This document shows positions 9,050 to 17,756 of a DNA stretch of 64,000 nt, piece by piece. Both the position numbers and the translations under genes were made by a program. How positions within the stretch are numbered: position 1 is the stretch's first letter; every line of letters begins with the position of its first letter. Origin of the DNA: an uncultured Acidobacteriota bacterium (GTDB taxonomy: Bacteria; Acidobacteriota; Thermoanaerobaculia; Multivoradales; JAHEKO01); NCBI GenBank assembly GCA_963713825.1, contig CAVQNG010000005.1, forward strand, positions 490,778-554,777, in the 5' to 3' direction. The notes under the pieces were generated by a model. It saw only the letters and a program-made list of their open reading frames with translations. It was not told the origin of the DNA and searched no databases.

Positions 9050-10666
9050 TCAATCGCTGGCGTCGAGCTTTTCGCGCAGCTCGAACTCGGCGGAGGAGGG
9101 CTTGGTGTCACGGTGGTGGGTGCGCCACAGCTGGTCCTGGTACCGGAAGGTGGGCGCCGCCACTTCGCCTTCCTGCATGTACTCGAAGATCTCCTGCACC
9201 TGGTCGATGCTGAAAGTGATCGTCGTCGTGATGTAGTCGTGCAGGTCCTTGTCCGTCACTCCCGAGTCGGGGAGGTTGCCCAGCACTTCCAGGCAGACAT
9301 GGTTCAGCGCCGCCAGGGCCGAGGCCACCTCCTCACACGCGAACCCCTGCTGACATCGCAGCTCGGCGACGTCGCGGCAGTAGGCCATGAGGATGCCCTT
9401 CTCGCGCGTCCGAATCGAAGTCATGAGCGTGTGGATGATCACCTTGATATGCCAGTCGAGATCGTCGGCGGGAAGAGCCTGATAGCTGGAGAGGGGGTCC
9501 TCGCCGCGCTCGCCGACAAGGATCTCCGCGAACTGCCGGGCGATCTCCTCTTCGTGGGCTTCCAGCAGGCGGTAGATCCGCAGGTTGGGCCGCATCTTGA
9601 CCGCCATCGCCTCCTGGTTGCGCCGCGACCACTCCACGGGATCGGTCTGCATGTTCTCGATCAGGAACGGGAAGCGTCGCAGGATGTCGAGGCGCGGGTG
9701 CGGCTCCCAGTCCAGGATCTCATGGGTGTAGGTGGCTTCTGCCGTCAGCTGCAGATCGATGAACTTTGCCATCCAGGGCCGCTCGAAGGGCCGGTTGCCC
9801 AGTAGCCGACCCATCGCATCCCGCATCACCATGCCGGGGCCGGCGAGAAACTTGGGCATGTGGATGGGTTTGGGTGCCTGACCGTAGTAGTAGGAGGTGG
9901 CCGCTTCGAACAGCTCCTGATGAGTGACGGCGCCATTGGTGCTGGCGTTCAAGACAGCGACCTGCTCCAGATCGTCGGCCTTCTCGACAACTTTGCGCAG
10001 GAAGTTCGCACCGTCGCGCACATGCAGGTAGGGGACGGCTGACTCTCCCTTGCCACCGAGGATCTTCGAGTTCCACTGGTTCGACAACCAGGTCTCGAGG
10101 AAGACGAAGAGAGGCGGGTACTCACACCAGTCCGAGAACATGGCGGCGAATCGGACGATGGCCGAGGGCACCTCGTCGGCGTACTCGCGTAGCATCTCCT
10201 CACCCTTGCGCTTGCTGACCGCATAGGGATGCTGACCGTCGGGCGGACTTTGCTCTGTAAGTGCCTGTCCAGGGGGAGGGAACTCGCAGGCGGCCAGGGA
10301 GCTGGCGAAAATGAACCGCTTCGGCTTCATCACCCGGCACTGCTCGAGGAGGTTGCGCAGGCCGTCGAGGTTGGTTCGCTGGTACTCCGGATGATCCTCG
10401 CCGCTGAAGTCGTAGTAGGCGGCCAGGTGAATCACGGAGTGGATCTCGTCGCCGTTCTTGACCTCGTTGCAGACCGCCTGGAGGGCGTTCTCGTTGCAGA
10501 TGTCGAACTGATGCCAGCTGATGTTGGGGTGCTTGGGCACGCCGCTCTCGGACTGCGAGCGCAGGTCGATGGCGATCAGCTTGTACTGCGATTTGAGGAG
10601 ATCGAGAACCCGTCGCCCGAGAAAGCCCGAGGCCCCCGTGATCGCGACCCGTGGTAGTGATTCCAT
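9050..10666 (-). CDS. Second SDR epimerase + RsbRD_N/globin-like fusion, paralogue of 6626-8209
   Basis: TGASGFLG, YAVSK, shared FSDWCEYPPLF and PFERxWMA, VAELRCQQGFACEEV. Confidence 0.8.
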   Translation of the reverse strand: MESLPRVAITGASGFLGRRVLDLLKSQYKLIAIDLRSQSESGVPKHPNISWHQFDICNENALQAVCNEVKNGDEIHSVIHLAAYYDFSGEDHPEYQRTNLDGLRNLLEQCRVMKPKRFIFASSLAACEFPPPGQALTEQSPPDGQHPYAVSKRKGEEMLREYADEVPSAIVRFAAMFSDWCEYPPLFVFLETWLSNQWNSKILGGKGESAVPYLHVRDGANFLRKVVEKADDLEQVAVLNASTNGAVTHQELFEAATSYYYGQAPKPIHMPKFLAGPGMVMRDAMGRLLGNRPFERPWMAKFIDLQLTAEATYTHEILDWEPHPRLDILRRFPFLIENMQTDPVEWSRRNQEAMAVKMRPNLRIYRLLEAHEEEIARQFAEILVGERGEDPLSSYQALPADDLDWHIKVIIHTLMTSIRTREKGILMAYCRDVAELRCQQGFACEEVASALAALNHVCLEVLGNLPDSGVTDKDLHDYITTTITFSIDQVQEIFEYMQEGEVAAPTFRYQDQLWRTHHRDTKPSSAEFELREKLDASD

Positions 10667-10703
10667 GGCGAGGCAAATATACACGATGGCAAGAGAGGGC
10701 ATA

Positions 10704-10782
10704 AGGGCTTAGGGGCGTAGGGGTAGGGCAGTGAGGCCATGGGGCATTGGGGCAGTGGGGCATTGAGGCAGTGAGGGATTGG
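10704..10782. repeat. Degenerate 8-bp tandem repeats (GGGGCA(T/G)T-like); similar tracts near 6280-6325, 8860-8890 and 52150-52210
   Basis: ggggcattggggcagtggggcattgaggcagtgaggg periodicity. Confidence 0.65.
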
Positions 10783-10873
10783 GACTTGAAGCGGCCAGCG
10801 CCTCTGCCGGCCGTATCGCGGCTCAGCTATGAGTTGTTGCCAACGCAGGGTTTTCCGATAGAGTTGCCCCCCG

Positions 10874-12694
10874 ATGACGAACATCCTGGGGATTTCGGCG
10901 TTCTACCATGACTCCGCGGCCTGCCTCGTGCAGGACGGAGAGCTCGTGGCCGCTGCCCAGGAGGAGCGCTTCACCCGCAAGAAGCACGACCACCGATTTC
11001 CCGATTCAGCAGTGCGGTACTGCCTGCAGGAGGCTGGCATCACGGCCGATCAACTGGATGCCGTGGCCTTCTACGACAAGCCCTGGCTGAAGTTCGAGCG
11101 GTTGCTGGAGACCTACCTCTCCTTTGCACCGGCGGGCCTGCCTTCGTTCCTGAAGGCGATGCCGCTGTGGCTGAAGCAGAAGCTCTGGATGGGCGAGCTG
11201 ATCCAGAAACAGGTCGGCTTCGAGGGCGACTTGCTCTACCCCGAGCACCATCAATCCCACGCTGCCTCGGCCTTCTATCCCTCGCCGTATCAGCGGGCAG
11301 CGATCTTGACCATCGATGGTGTCGGCGAATGGGCCACCGCATCCTGGGGTGTAGGCCATGACCACAATGTAGACATCCGCTGCGAGCTGATGTTTCCTCA
11401 CAGCCTCGGATTGCTCTATTCGGCCTTCACCTACTACACCGGTTTCCGAGTCAACTCGGGTGAGTACAAAGTGATGGGCCTCGCCCCGTACGGCGAGCCG
11501 AAGTACGTCGACCTGATCCTCGACAATGTGATGGACCTGCGCGAGGACGGCTCCTTCTGGCTGGACATGGACTACTTCAACTACTGCCAGGGTCTGACGA
11601 TGACCTCGGAGAAGTTCCATCGGCTTTTCGGGGGCCCGCCGCGGGCTCCGGAGTCGGAGCTGACGCAGAAGGAGATGGACCTGGCCCGCTCGGTCCAGGA
11701 GGTCACTGAAGAAGCCATGTTGCGCATGGCCCGGCATGTGAAGAAAGAGACCGGCGAGAAGTACCTCTGTCTGGCCGGCGGCTGTGCCCTCAACTGCGTG
11801 GCCAACGGCAAGATCCTGCGCTCCGGCATCTTCGAGGACATCTTTATCCAGCCGGCTGCTGGAGATGCCGGCGGAGCGCTCGGAGCGGCCCTCTTCACCT
11901 GGCACCAGGTGATGCAGAAACCTCGAACGGCAGCCGGAGATCGTGACTCCCAGAAGGGTTCCTACTTGGGGCCGGCGTTCGAGTCCAAGACGATCGAGAC
12001 GTGGCTCGAACGGGAGGAGATCCCCTACGAGCGACATGAGCCCGAGGCAATCCCAGGCCTGGTCGCCGACATCATCGACGACGAGAAGGTCGTTGGCTTC
12101 TTCGCGGGCCGAATGGAATTCGGTCCCCGAGCCCTGGGTGGGCGCAGCATTATCGGCGATGCCCGCTCGACCAAGATGCAGTCGATCATGAACCTGAAGA
12201 TCAAGTACCGGGAGTCCTTCCGGCCTTTCGCGCCCTCCTGTCTCGTCGAGGATGTCTCGGAGCTCTTCGAGCTCGACCGTCCCTCGCCCTACATGCTCCT
12301 CGTGGCGGACGTCCAGAAGAGTCGGCGCAAGGCGATGACCGAGGAGCAGAAGAGCTTCTTCGGCATCGAGAAGCTGAATGTGCCCCGCTCGGACATACCG
12401 GCGATCACCCATATCGACTACTCTGCCCGTGTGCAATCGGTCGATGGTGTCAACAACCGGCCCTACTACGACACGATTCGAGCTTTCAAGGAGAAGACCG
12501 GCTACGGGGTGGTCGTCAACACGTCGTTCAATGTGCGCGGGGAGCCCATCGTCTGCACGCCGCAGGATGCGTTTCTCTGCTTTATGCGCACTGAGATGGA
12601 CGTGCTGGTGCTCGAGAACCTCGTCCTCTACAAGACACAGCAAAAGGAGCTCGAAGGCGACGAGGACTGGCGGGAGCAGTATGACCTGGACTGA
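10874..12694 (+). CDS. O-carbamoyltransferase, NodU/CmcH (SxtI-like) family
   Basis: ILGISAFYHDSAA, QEERFTRKKH, EHHQSHAASA, GEYKVMGLAPYG, EFGPRALG, NTSFNVRGEPIV. Confidence 0.95.
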   Translation: MTNILGISAFYHDSAACLVQDGELVAAAQEERFTRKKHDHRFPDSAVRYCLQEAGITADQLDAVAFYDKPWLKFERLLETYLSFAPAGLPSFLKAMPLWLKQKLWMGELIQKQVGFEGDLLYPEHHQSHAASAFYPSPYQRAAILTIDGVGEWATASWGVGHDHNVDIRCELMFPHSLGLLYSAFTYYTGFRVNSGEYKVMGLAPYGEPKYVDLILDNVMDLREDGSFWLDMDYFNYCQGLTMTSEKFHRLFGGPPRAPESELTQKEMDLARSVQEVTEEAMLRMARHVKKETGEKYLCLAGGCALNCVANGKILRSGIFEDIFIQPAAGDAGGALGAALFTWHQVMQKPRTAAGDRDSQKGSYLGPAFESKTIETWLEREEIPYERHEPEAIPGLVADIIDDEKVVGFFAGRMEFGPRALGGRSIIGDARSTKMQSIMNLKIKYRESFRPFAPSCLVEDVSELFELDRPSPYMLLVADVQKSRRKAMTEEQKSFFGIEKLNVPRSDIPAITHIDYSARVQSVDGVNNRPYYDTIRAFKEKTGYGVVVNTSFNVRGEPIVCTPQDAFLCFMRTEMDVLVLENLVLYKTQQKELEGDEDWREQYDLD

Positions 12695-12706
12695 TCGTTG
12701 GGAATG

Positions 12707-12749
12707 CGGTGACAGGCACCTCATTTCTGAAATGAGGTGCCTGTCACCG
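12707..12749. repeat. 43-bp near-perfect palindrome (21-bp arms)
   Basis: CGGTGACAGGCACCTCATTTC-T-GAAATGAGGTGCCTGTCACCG. Confidence 0.9.
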
Positions 12750-12766
12750 AAAAAAGGAAGAGGCTG

Positions 12767-13168
12767 ATGAGCGAGCACGCAGCCAAGACCGTCAAAGAGC
12801 TCCGGAAGTTCGGCTTCGCATTCACGGGCGGTCTGACGCTTCTCGGTAGCCTGCTCCTCTGGCGGGGCAAGGCGCCGGGTCCCTATGTCCTGGGAGCGGC
12901 CGCTGTGGTCCTAACCCTGGCTCTGCTGGCACCTGCCGCGCTTCGACCGCTGGAAAAGACGCTCGCCACGATCTTCCGGTGGGTCACGGCTGCCCTGACT
13001 TACGTGATCCTGGTTGTGACCTACTATCTGGTGGTGACCCCGATGGGGATCATCATGCGACTTCTGGGCAAGGATCCCCTGCATTTGAAGCGAGAGCCGA
13101 ATCGACCATCCTTCTGGGTATCGGTAGAGGAGGATGGGCCGGCGTCGCGGCCGGACAAGCCGTACTAG
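12767..13168 (+). CDS. SxtJ-family membrane protein
   Basis: LRKFG...YYLVVTPMGIIMRLLGKDPL...PY; follows the carbamoyltransferase. Confidence 0.85.
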   Translation: MSEHAAKTVKELRKFGFAFTGGLTLLGSLLLWRGKAPGPYVLGAAAVVLTLALLAPAALRPLEKTLATIFRWVTAALTYVILVVTYYLVVTPMGIIMRLLGKDPLHLKREPNRPSFWVSVEEDGPASRPDKPY

Positions 13169-13375
13169 AGGGTCGAGGCGGCCGTCATGCTTCCGGCCGA
13201 TCTTTGAGGGCTTGGGGGTTGAAGAGGCCGTCGCTTGCTCCGGCCGGGTCTTTGGGGCGATGGGGCAGAGAAGTACTGAAGCGACCGGCGTCTCTGCCGG
13301 CCGGGGTGTGTGGGGGAGGGGAAGGTTCTTCTATAATCGAGATCTGATTAGTGGCTTTGAAGGGATAGGCAGCTC

Positions 13376-13534
13376 ATGGCATCGAATTCCAAGATCGGCA
13401 CCATCTGGGGCTTTCTCAAGACCCGCAAGAAGTGGTGGCTGACGCCCATCATTCTCACTCTGGTCCTGCTGGCGGCCCTGATCGTGCTGACCGAGTCCTC
13501 GGCGGTCGCGCCGTTCATCTACGCGTTGTTTTAG
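13376..13534 (+). CDS. DUF5989/SxtK-like 52-aa membrane protein (below the ORF-track cutoff)
   Basis: Manual translation MASNSKIGTIWGFLKTRKKWWLTPIILTLVLLAALIVLTESSAVAPFIYALF with the RKKWWL and APFIY.LF signatures. Confidence 0.9.
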   Translation: MASNSKIGTIWGFLKTRKKWWLTPIILTLVLLAALIVLTESSAVAPFIYALF

Positions 13535-13539
13535 GCGCG

Positions 13540-13935
13540 GGCTCGTACCTCGCCCACGCAGGGTAATGAGGGCTTGGGGTTGAGGAGTCCGGCGTTCCTT
13601 CGGGCAATCCTTGAGGCAGTGGGGCACTGAGGGCTTGGGGGTTGAGGCGCTCGGCGAGTGCGCCGAGCGGTCTTTGGGGGCTTGGGGGAAGACGGATTCA
13701 ATACCCCTCGGCCCTTACGCCCCTAAGCCCATCTGAATCGGCCGCCCCTACAGAGTAGACGCGTTTGAAGCGGCCGGACCTGTGCCGGCCGGGGAGCCCC
13801 AAGCCCCAGAACCCAAGCCCCCATTGCCTCAAAGGTCGGCCGGAGCAAGCGACGGACGATTCAACCCCCAAGCCCTCAAAGAATCGGCCTACACGAAGTG
13901 TGGCCGCCTCAACCCCCAGGCCCTCAAAGACCAGC
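13540..13935. repeat. Cluster of short GC-rich repeats (GGGCTTGGGGGTTGA and its inverse, GCGGCCGG..CCGGCCG palindromes); also 13195-13310 and 8625-8675
   Basis: Repeated motifs in both orientations in non-coding DNA. Confidence 0.6.
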
Positions 13936-13975
13936 CGAAGGTACGCCGGCTGGCTCAACCCTCTGTTCACATTCC

Positions 13976-14039
13976 CTACCCTCTAGGGTAGCTGCCAAAC
14001 CCACCCGACTGTGTGCCCCTCGACTACCCCCGGGGGTAT
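13976..14039. promoter_or_regulatory. Three tandem CYACCC-N4-GGGTRG sites upstream of the decaheme cytochrome
   Basis: CTACCC-TCTA-GGGTAG (13976), CCACCC-GACT-GTGTGC (14001), CTACCC-CCGG-GGGTAT (14024). Confidence 0.6.
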
Positions 14040-14056
14040 AAGAGGGGATCCCGAGC

Positions 14057-14074
14057 TTGTGCGAACCTTCACAA
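14057..14074. promoter_or_regulatory. Rex-like operator
   Basis: TTGTGCG-AACC-TTCACAA versus Rex consensus TTGTGAA-N4-TTCACAA. Confidence 0.6.
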
Positions 14075-14368
14075 GCGGAGGGCACAGGAGCCTTCAAGAA
14101 AGCTCATCCTGGCCCCCGCTTTCGGAACGACCCTTAGGGGGTAACGCAAGTTGTCTGGACTATCGTGGCGTTGTTGACCGACGGTTGAGGCGTGCTGGCA
14201 GCAGGCCTGCGACCATCAAGCTGTGTCGGCAGCAGCCGAAGCGGGCGGTACAAGGCGCGGATCCGACCCACACGCGAAGGCCAGCCTACTTGCATTTTCC
14301 CGAGGGGCCGCTCACGGGGGTGGGGGCCGTTTTCACCTGAATAGCGTTTCCGAGAGGGAGGTCTCGTA

Positions 14369-15304
14369 ATGAGATTTCATGGGAAGTTGCTGTTCCTGGT
14401 GGCATCAGCTGTCCTGTTGGTCGCGGCGGTAGCGACGGCGGGCGACGTACCGACGGCGGACAACGCCTACATCGGTAGCGAAGCCTGCCTGGACTGCCAT
14501 GAAGTGGCTGACTTGGGGCTCATGGAGCACGACGTGCACATGCAGATCCAATCTTTCGAAGTGCAGGGCCGCGAGGTCGGCTGCGAGGGCTGTCATGGCC
14601 CTGGCAAGCTGCATATGGAGGAGAGCGATCCGGAATTGATTCGCACCTTTGCTGATGATGCGGACTACTCCCAAGAAGTGTGCATGAACTGCCACGCCAC
14701 CAAGAACCTGCCGGAATGGGATGCCTCGATCCACGCACTCGAGGCCGTCCAGTGCACTGATTGTCACGGGGTGCACAAGAGGACGTTCAAGCCCAATGAA
14801 GCGTGCACAGCCTGCCACGCGGATGCGAGGGCCGCTTTCGAGCTGCCGTCGCACCATCCGCTACGCGAGGGCAAGATGGAATGCTCTAGCTGTCACGACC
14901 CACACTCTGCCACCGAGTTCATGCTCAAGACGCGCATGCGCAAGGCCGATCTTTGCTACACCTGTCATCAGGACAAAGAAGGCCCGTTCATCTTCGAGCA
15001 TCCCCCGGTGCAAGAGGACTGCAATCTCTGCCACACGCCGCACGGCTCCGTGGCCGACAACCTGCTCACCGCCAATGAGCCGACGTTGTGCTTGCAGTGC
15101 CATGACTTCCACTTTCACACCGGATACCGCGCCTCCGACAGCCTCGAAGTGGACGTTGGAGGAATCGAGCGAGAGAACCCGTTCGGTCCCGAGGGCTTCC
15201 AGATTGCCTACTCGACCAATTGCACGCAGTGCCATGCCCGGGTCCACGGATCCGACACCCCGTCGCAGACGCCGACGAACTACGGCAAGGGCCTGACCCA
15301 GTAA
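14369..15304 (+). CDS. Periplasmic decaheme cytochrome c, MtrA/DmsE family
   Basis: Signal peptide, 10 CXXCH, PSHHPLREG, GPFIFEHPPV, C-terminal CTQCH..VHGS. Confidence 0.92.
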   Translation: MRFHGKLLFLVASAVLLVAAVATAGDVPTADNAYIGSEACLDCHEVADLGLMEHDVHMQIQSFEVQGREVGCEGCHGPGKLHMEESDPELIRTFADDADYSQEVCMNCHATKNLPEWDASIHALEAVQCTDCHGVHKRTFKPNEACTACHADARAAFELPSHHPLREGKMECSSCHDPHSATEFMLKTRMRKADLCYTCHQDKEGPFIFEHPPVQEDCNLCHTPHGSVADNLLTANEPTLCLQCHDFHFHTGYRASDSLEVDVGGIERENPFGPEGFQIAYSTNCTQCHARVHGSDTPSQTPTNYGKGLTQ

Positions 15305-15316
15305 AGGAGGAGAGAG

Positions 15317-17482
15317 ATGAAAACAACCTATCGACTCCTACTGGTAGCTCTGGTAGTGGCAACGGTCCCGGCGGCGACGATGGCGGCTATCGGTGACGGT
15401 GGCACCATCATTGTCGAGCGGACTTTCTGGCTTGGATACTGGGACTCCAGCGTCGACGGATCTCCGGATCTCGCCGCCGAGTACCGAGTGATCGGTGACG
15501 GCCCCGACCTGGGCGTCAAGCTGAAGACCATCCACGAGTGGGGCGCAGTCGACTTCTACGGCCGGTATCGCGATTCGGCAGACCAGAAGTACAAACTGGA
15601 CTTCGACGTCAATCGCGTGTTCCGTTCACAGAATTTGCTCAATTCGCTCATCCATCGGCTCGGACATCAGCCGATCGAGCACTTCCAGGCGGCGACCAAT
15701 CATGGCCGTGTGGTGTGGGAGAGCGACCTCGATCCAGATTCGGAATACGACCTCAAGTACCAGGTCTTCGAGACCAAAAACGAGGTTCAGTTGCCGAGCG
15801 TCGACGGCCTTACGGTCGGTTTCGGCTATCGCAACCAGCAGCGTAAGGGGACGCGTCAGCACACGACGATTTCTCACTGCGATGCTTGTCATGTGAACAG
15901 TCAGGACCGGCCGACCGACGAGACCACGGACGACGCCTATATCGATCTGAAATACGCCTGGGCTTCGAACTTCGTTCGCGGCAGCTACACCGGGCGCAGC
16001 TATAGTGAGAGCCCACAGAACATCTCGCTACTGTTCGATGACGCGCTGCAACCGGAATTGAGAACCCCGGTTTTCGACAATCGTGTCCAGTGGGATGTCG
16101 ACGAAGGCCCGCAGCCCGTGGACCTGAAGCCGGACATCTCGAAGGACATCTTCAAACTCGACACCCTGATCAATACCAGCGGTTGGGGCATCGTCGGCGA
16201 AGGCGTCTGGTCTTCGACCGAGAACGACTACACACGCAACAAGACCGATTTCACCGGTTTCATGGCGAGTGTGGCCAAGCGTTTCGGCTCGGATCGGCGC
16301 TGGAACTTCCGCTGGCGGGGTCGTACCTACTCGGTTGACAATTCCACGGTGGAGTTGGTTCCGATCCAGCGGCCAGGTACGGCTGGACCGCAGTCACCGG
16401 GGACCTATGGTTCCTACTACCCCGATTGGCCGCAGACATTCACCCGACTGCCGGCAGTGAAACGGGACGTCCTCGAGTCGAAGGCCGATCTCGTCTTCGG
16501 TAGGTCCACTCGCGGTATCGGACAGTTCCGGTTCACCTGGAACTACGACAAGCAGGATCGTGAGTACTACGAAGTGGCCCCGGGAACGACCGACACCACG
16601 AAGAACCTGCTCGGTGTGTCCTGGTCGGCACGACCTGGGAAGGGTTGGAAGACGTATGCCGGCATCAAGTACGCCGACATCAGCAATCCCTTTCAGATCG
16701 TTGATGGCAAGTACTCGACGCTGGTCTCACAACCGTCCGGAGGCAGCCCCTTCGACCCGCGTGCGGCCCAGTACTGGCAGATGCACAACGCTCGCATCGC
16801 CGAAGGAACGACGTCGCCAGCGTCCTACTTCCAGGCTGACTTGCGTGGCACCTACCTGCACGACGGCAACATGCTGACGGCTTCGTACCGCTACTGGAAG
16901 GGTGACAACAATGACGGTGATCTGAATGACTGGGCGCGGGATTCCCAGGCCTTCAACATCACCTACTGGGCGACACCCTCGCCGGATTGGCAGTGGTACG
17001 TCGGTTACAACTACAACGACACCTCGATGGACACGGTGTTCACCATCCCGATCTTCGATGGGTGAGCGGGCTCCATTGTTTCGGGCCAGGCTGGCTCGGA
17101 TTCGAGCACGACCAAGTACACATCCACCGTCAACACCGGGATGGGTGGCCTGAAGTTCAAGGTCACAGAAGCATTCAAGATTGGTTTCGACCTGGCATAC
17201 GTCGATGCCACGGCTGGAATGGACTCATTCCGATTCGAAACCGCTGAAGCATGGGCGGCTACCAAGCCGAACCAGAACTACGACATGTCGCTGGTCAACA
17301 CCTATTCGGATCTCGACACCTCGCGATTCGAGTCGGACCTGTGGGCCAAGTTCGGCTTCGGGAAGTCTCTCTTCCTGTATGGCGACTGGCGGTATGTCGA
17401 CTATGCCGACGACGCGCCGTATCTCTACGACACGTCCGGCGAGATCAGCTGGTACACGCTCAGCCTAGGCTGGTCGTTCTGA
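15317..17482 (+). CDS. MtrB/PioB-like outer-membrane beta-barrel with one CXXCH and an in-frame UGA (17063-17065), probable selenocysteine; 721 aa if read through
   Basis: ORFs 15317-17065 and 17141-17482 share a frame with 25 sense codons between; signal peptide and CDACH in the first, terminal LSLGWSF beta-signal in the second. Confidence 0.8.
17066..17107 (+). promoter_or_regulatory. Candidate bacterial SECIS element
   Basis: Stem TTCGGGCC/GGCTCGGA (17080-17100) with loop AGGCT, loop G 24 nt after the UGA; lower stem GCTC/GAGC. Confidence 0.7.
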
Positions 17483-17519
17483 TGCACTTTCGTTAGCCTC
17501 CTTGGTGCATCGGTTCCAA

Positions 17520-17555
17520 GACCCCGCCCTTCATTGGGCGGGGTCGTTTTTGTTT
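17520..17555 (+). terminator. Rho-independent terminator
   Basis: GACCCCGCCC-ttcatt-GGGCGGGGTC followed by GTTTTTGTTT. Confidence 0.85.
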
Positions 17556-17756
17556 CAGGCCGGCGGAACTTCCGGCCCTTGATTGTCCTGGGGCTTGGGT
17601 CCTGGGTCGTGAAGGGTTGAAGCGGCCGTCGCCCCTGGCGGCCAGGGTGGGTGGGGGAACCGGATTTGCGGCGTCCGGCCACGGGTGATTGAATCGGCCG
17701 TCGCCTCTGTCGGCCGGGGTGGGCGGTGGTGTAGGGGAGGGCCTTGCGCCCTCCCG

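Noticed and set aside
11006-12778. Long antisense or alternate-frame ORFs (also 25092-26726, 29116-30399, 39647-40834, 49661-50878)
   Set aside because: Shadow ORFs of GC-rich genes with no recognisable motifs
10874-13534. Saxitoxin biosynthesis
   Set aside because: Only the widespread sxtI/J/K-like trio is present; no core sxtA/sxtG-like genes
13170-13960. CRISPR array
   Set aside because: Repeats are degenerate, irregularly spaced and in both orientations; no cas genes
17141-17482. 113-aa ORF as an independent gene
   Set aside because: No RBS or signal peptide, same frame as the upstream barrel, and it supplies the barrel's C-terminal beta-signal
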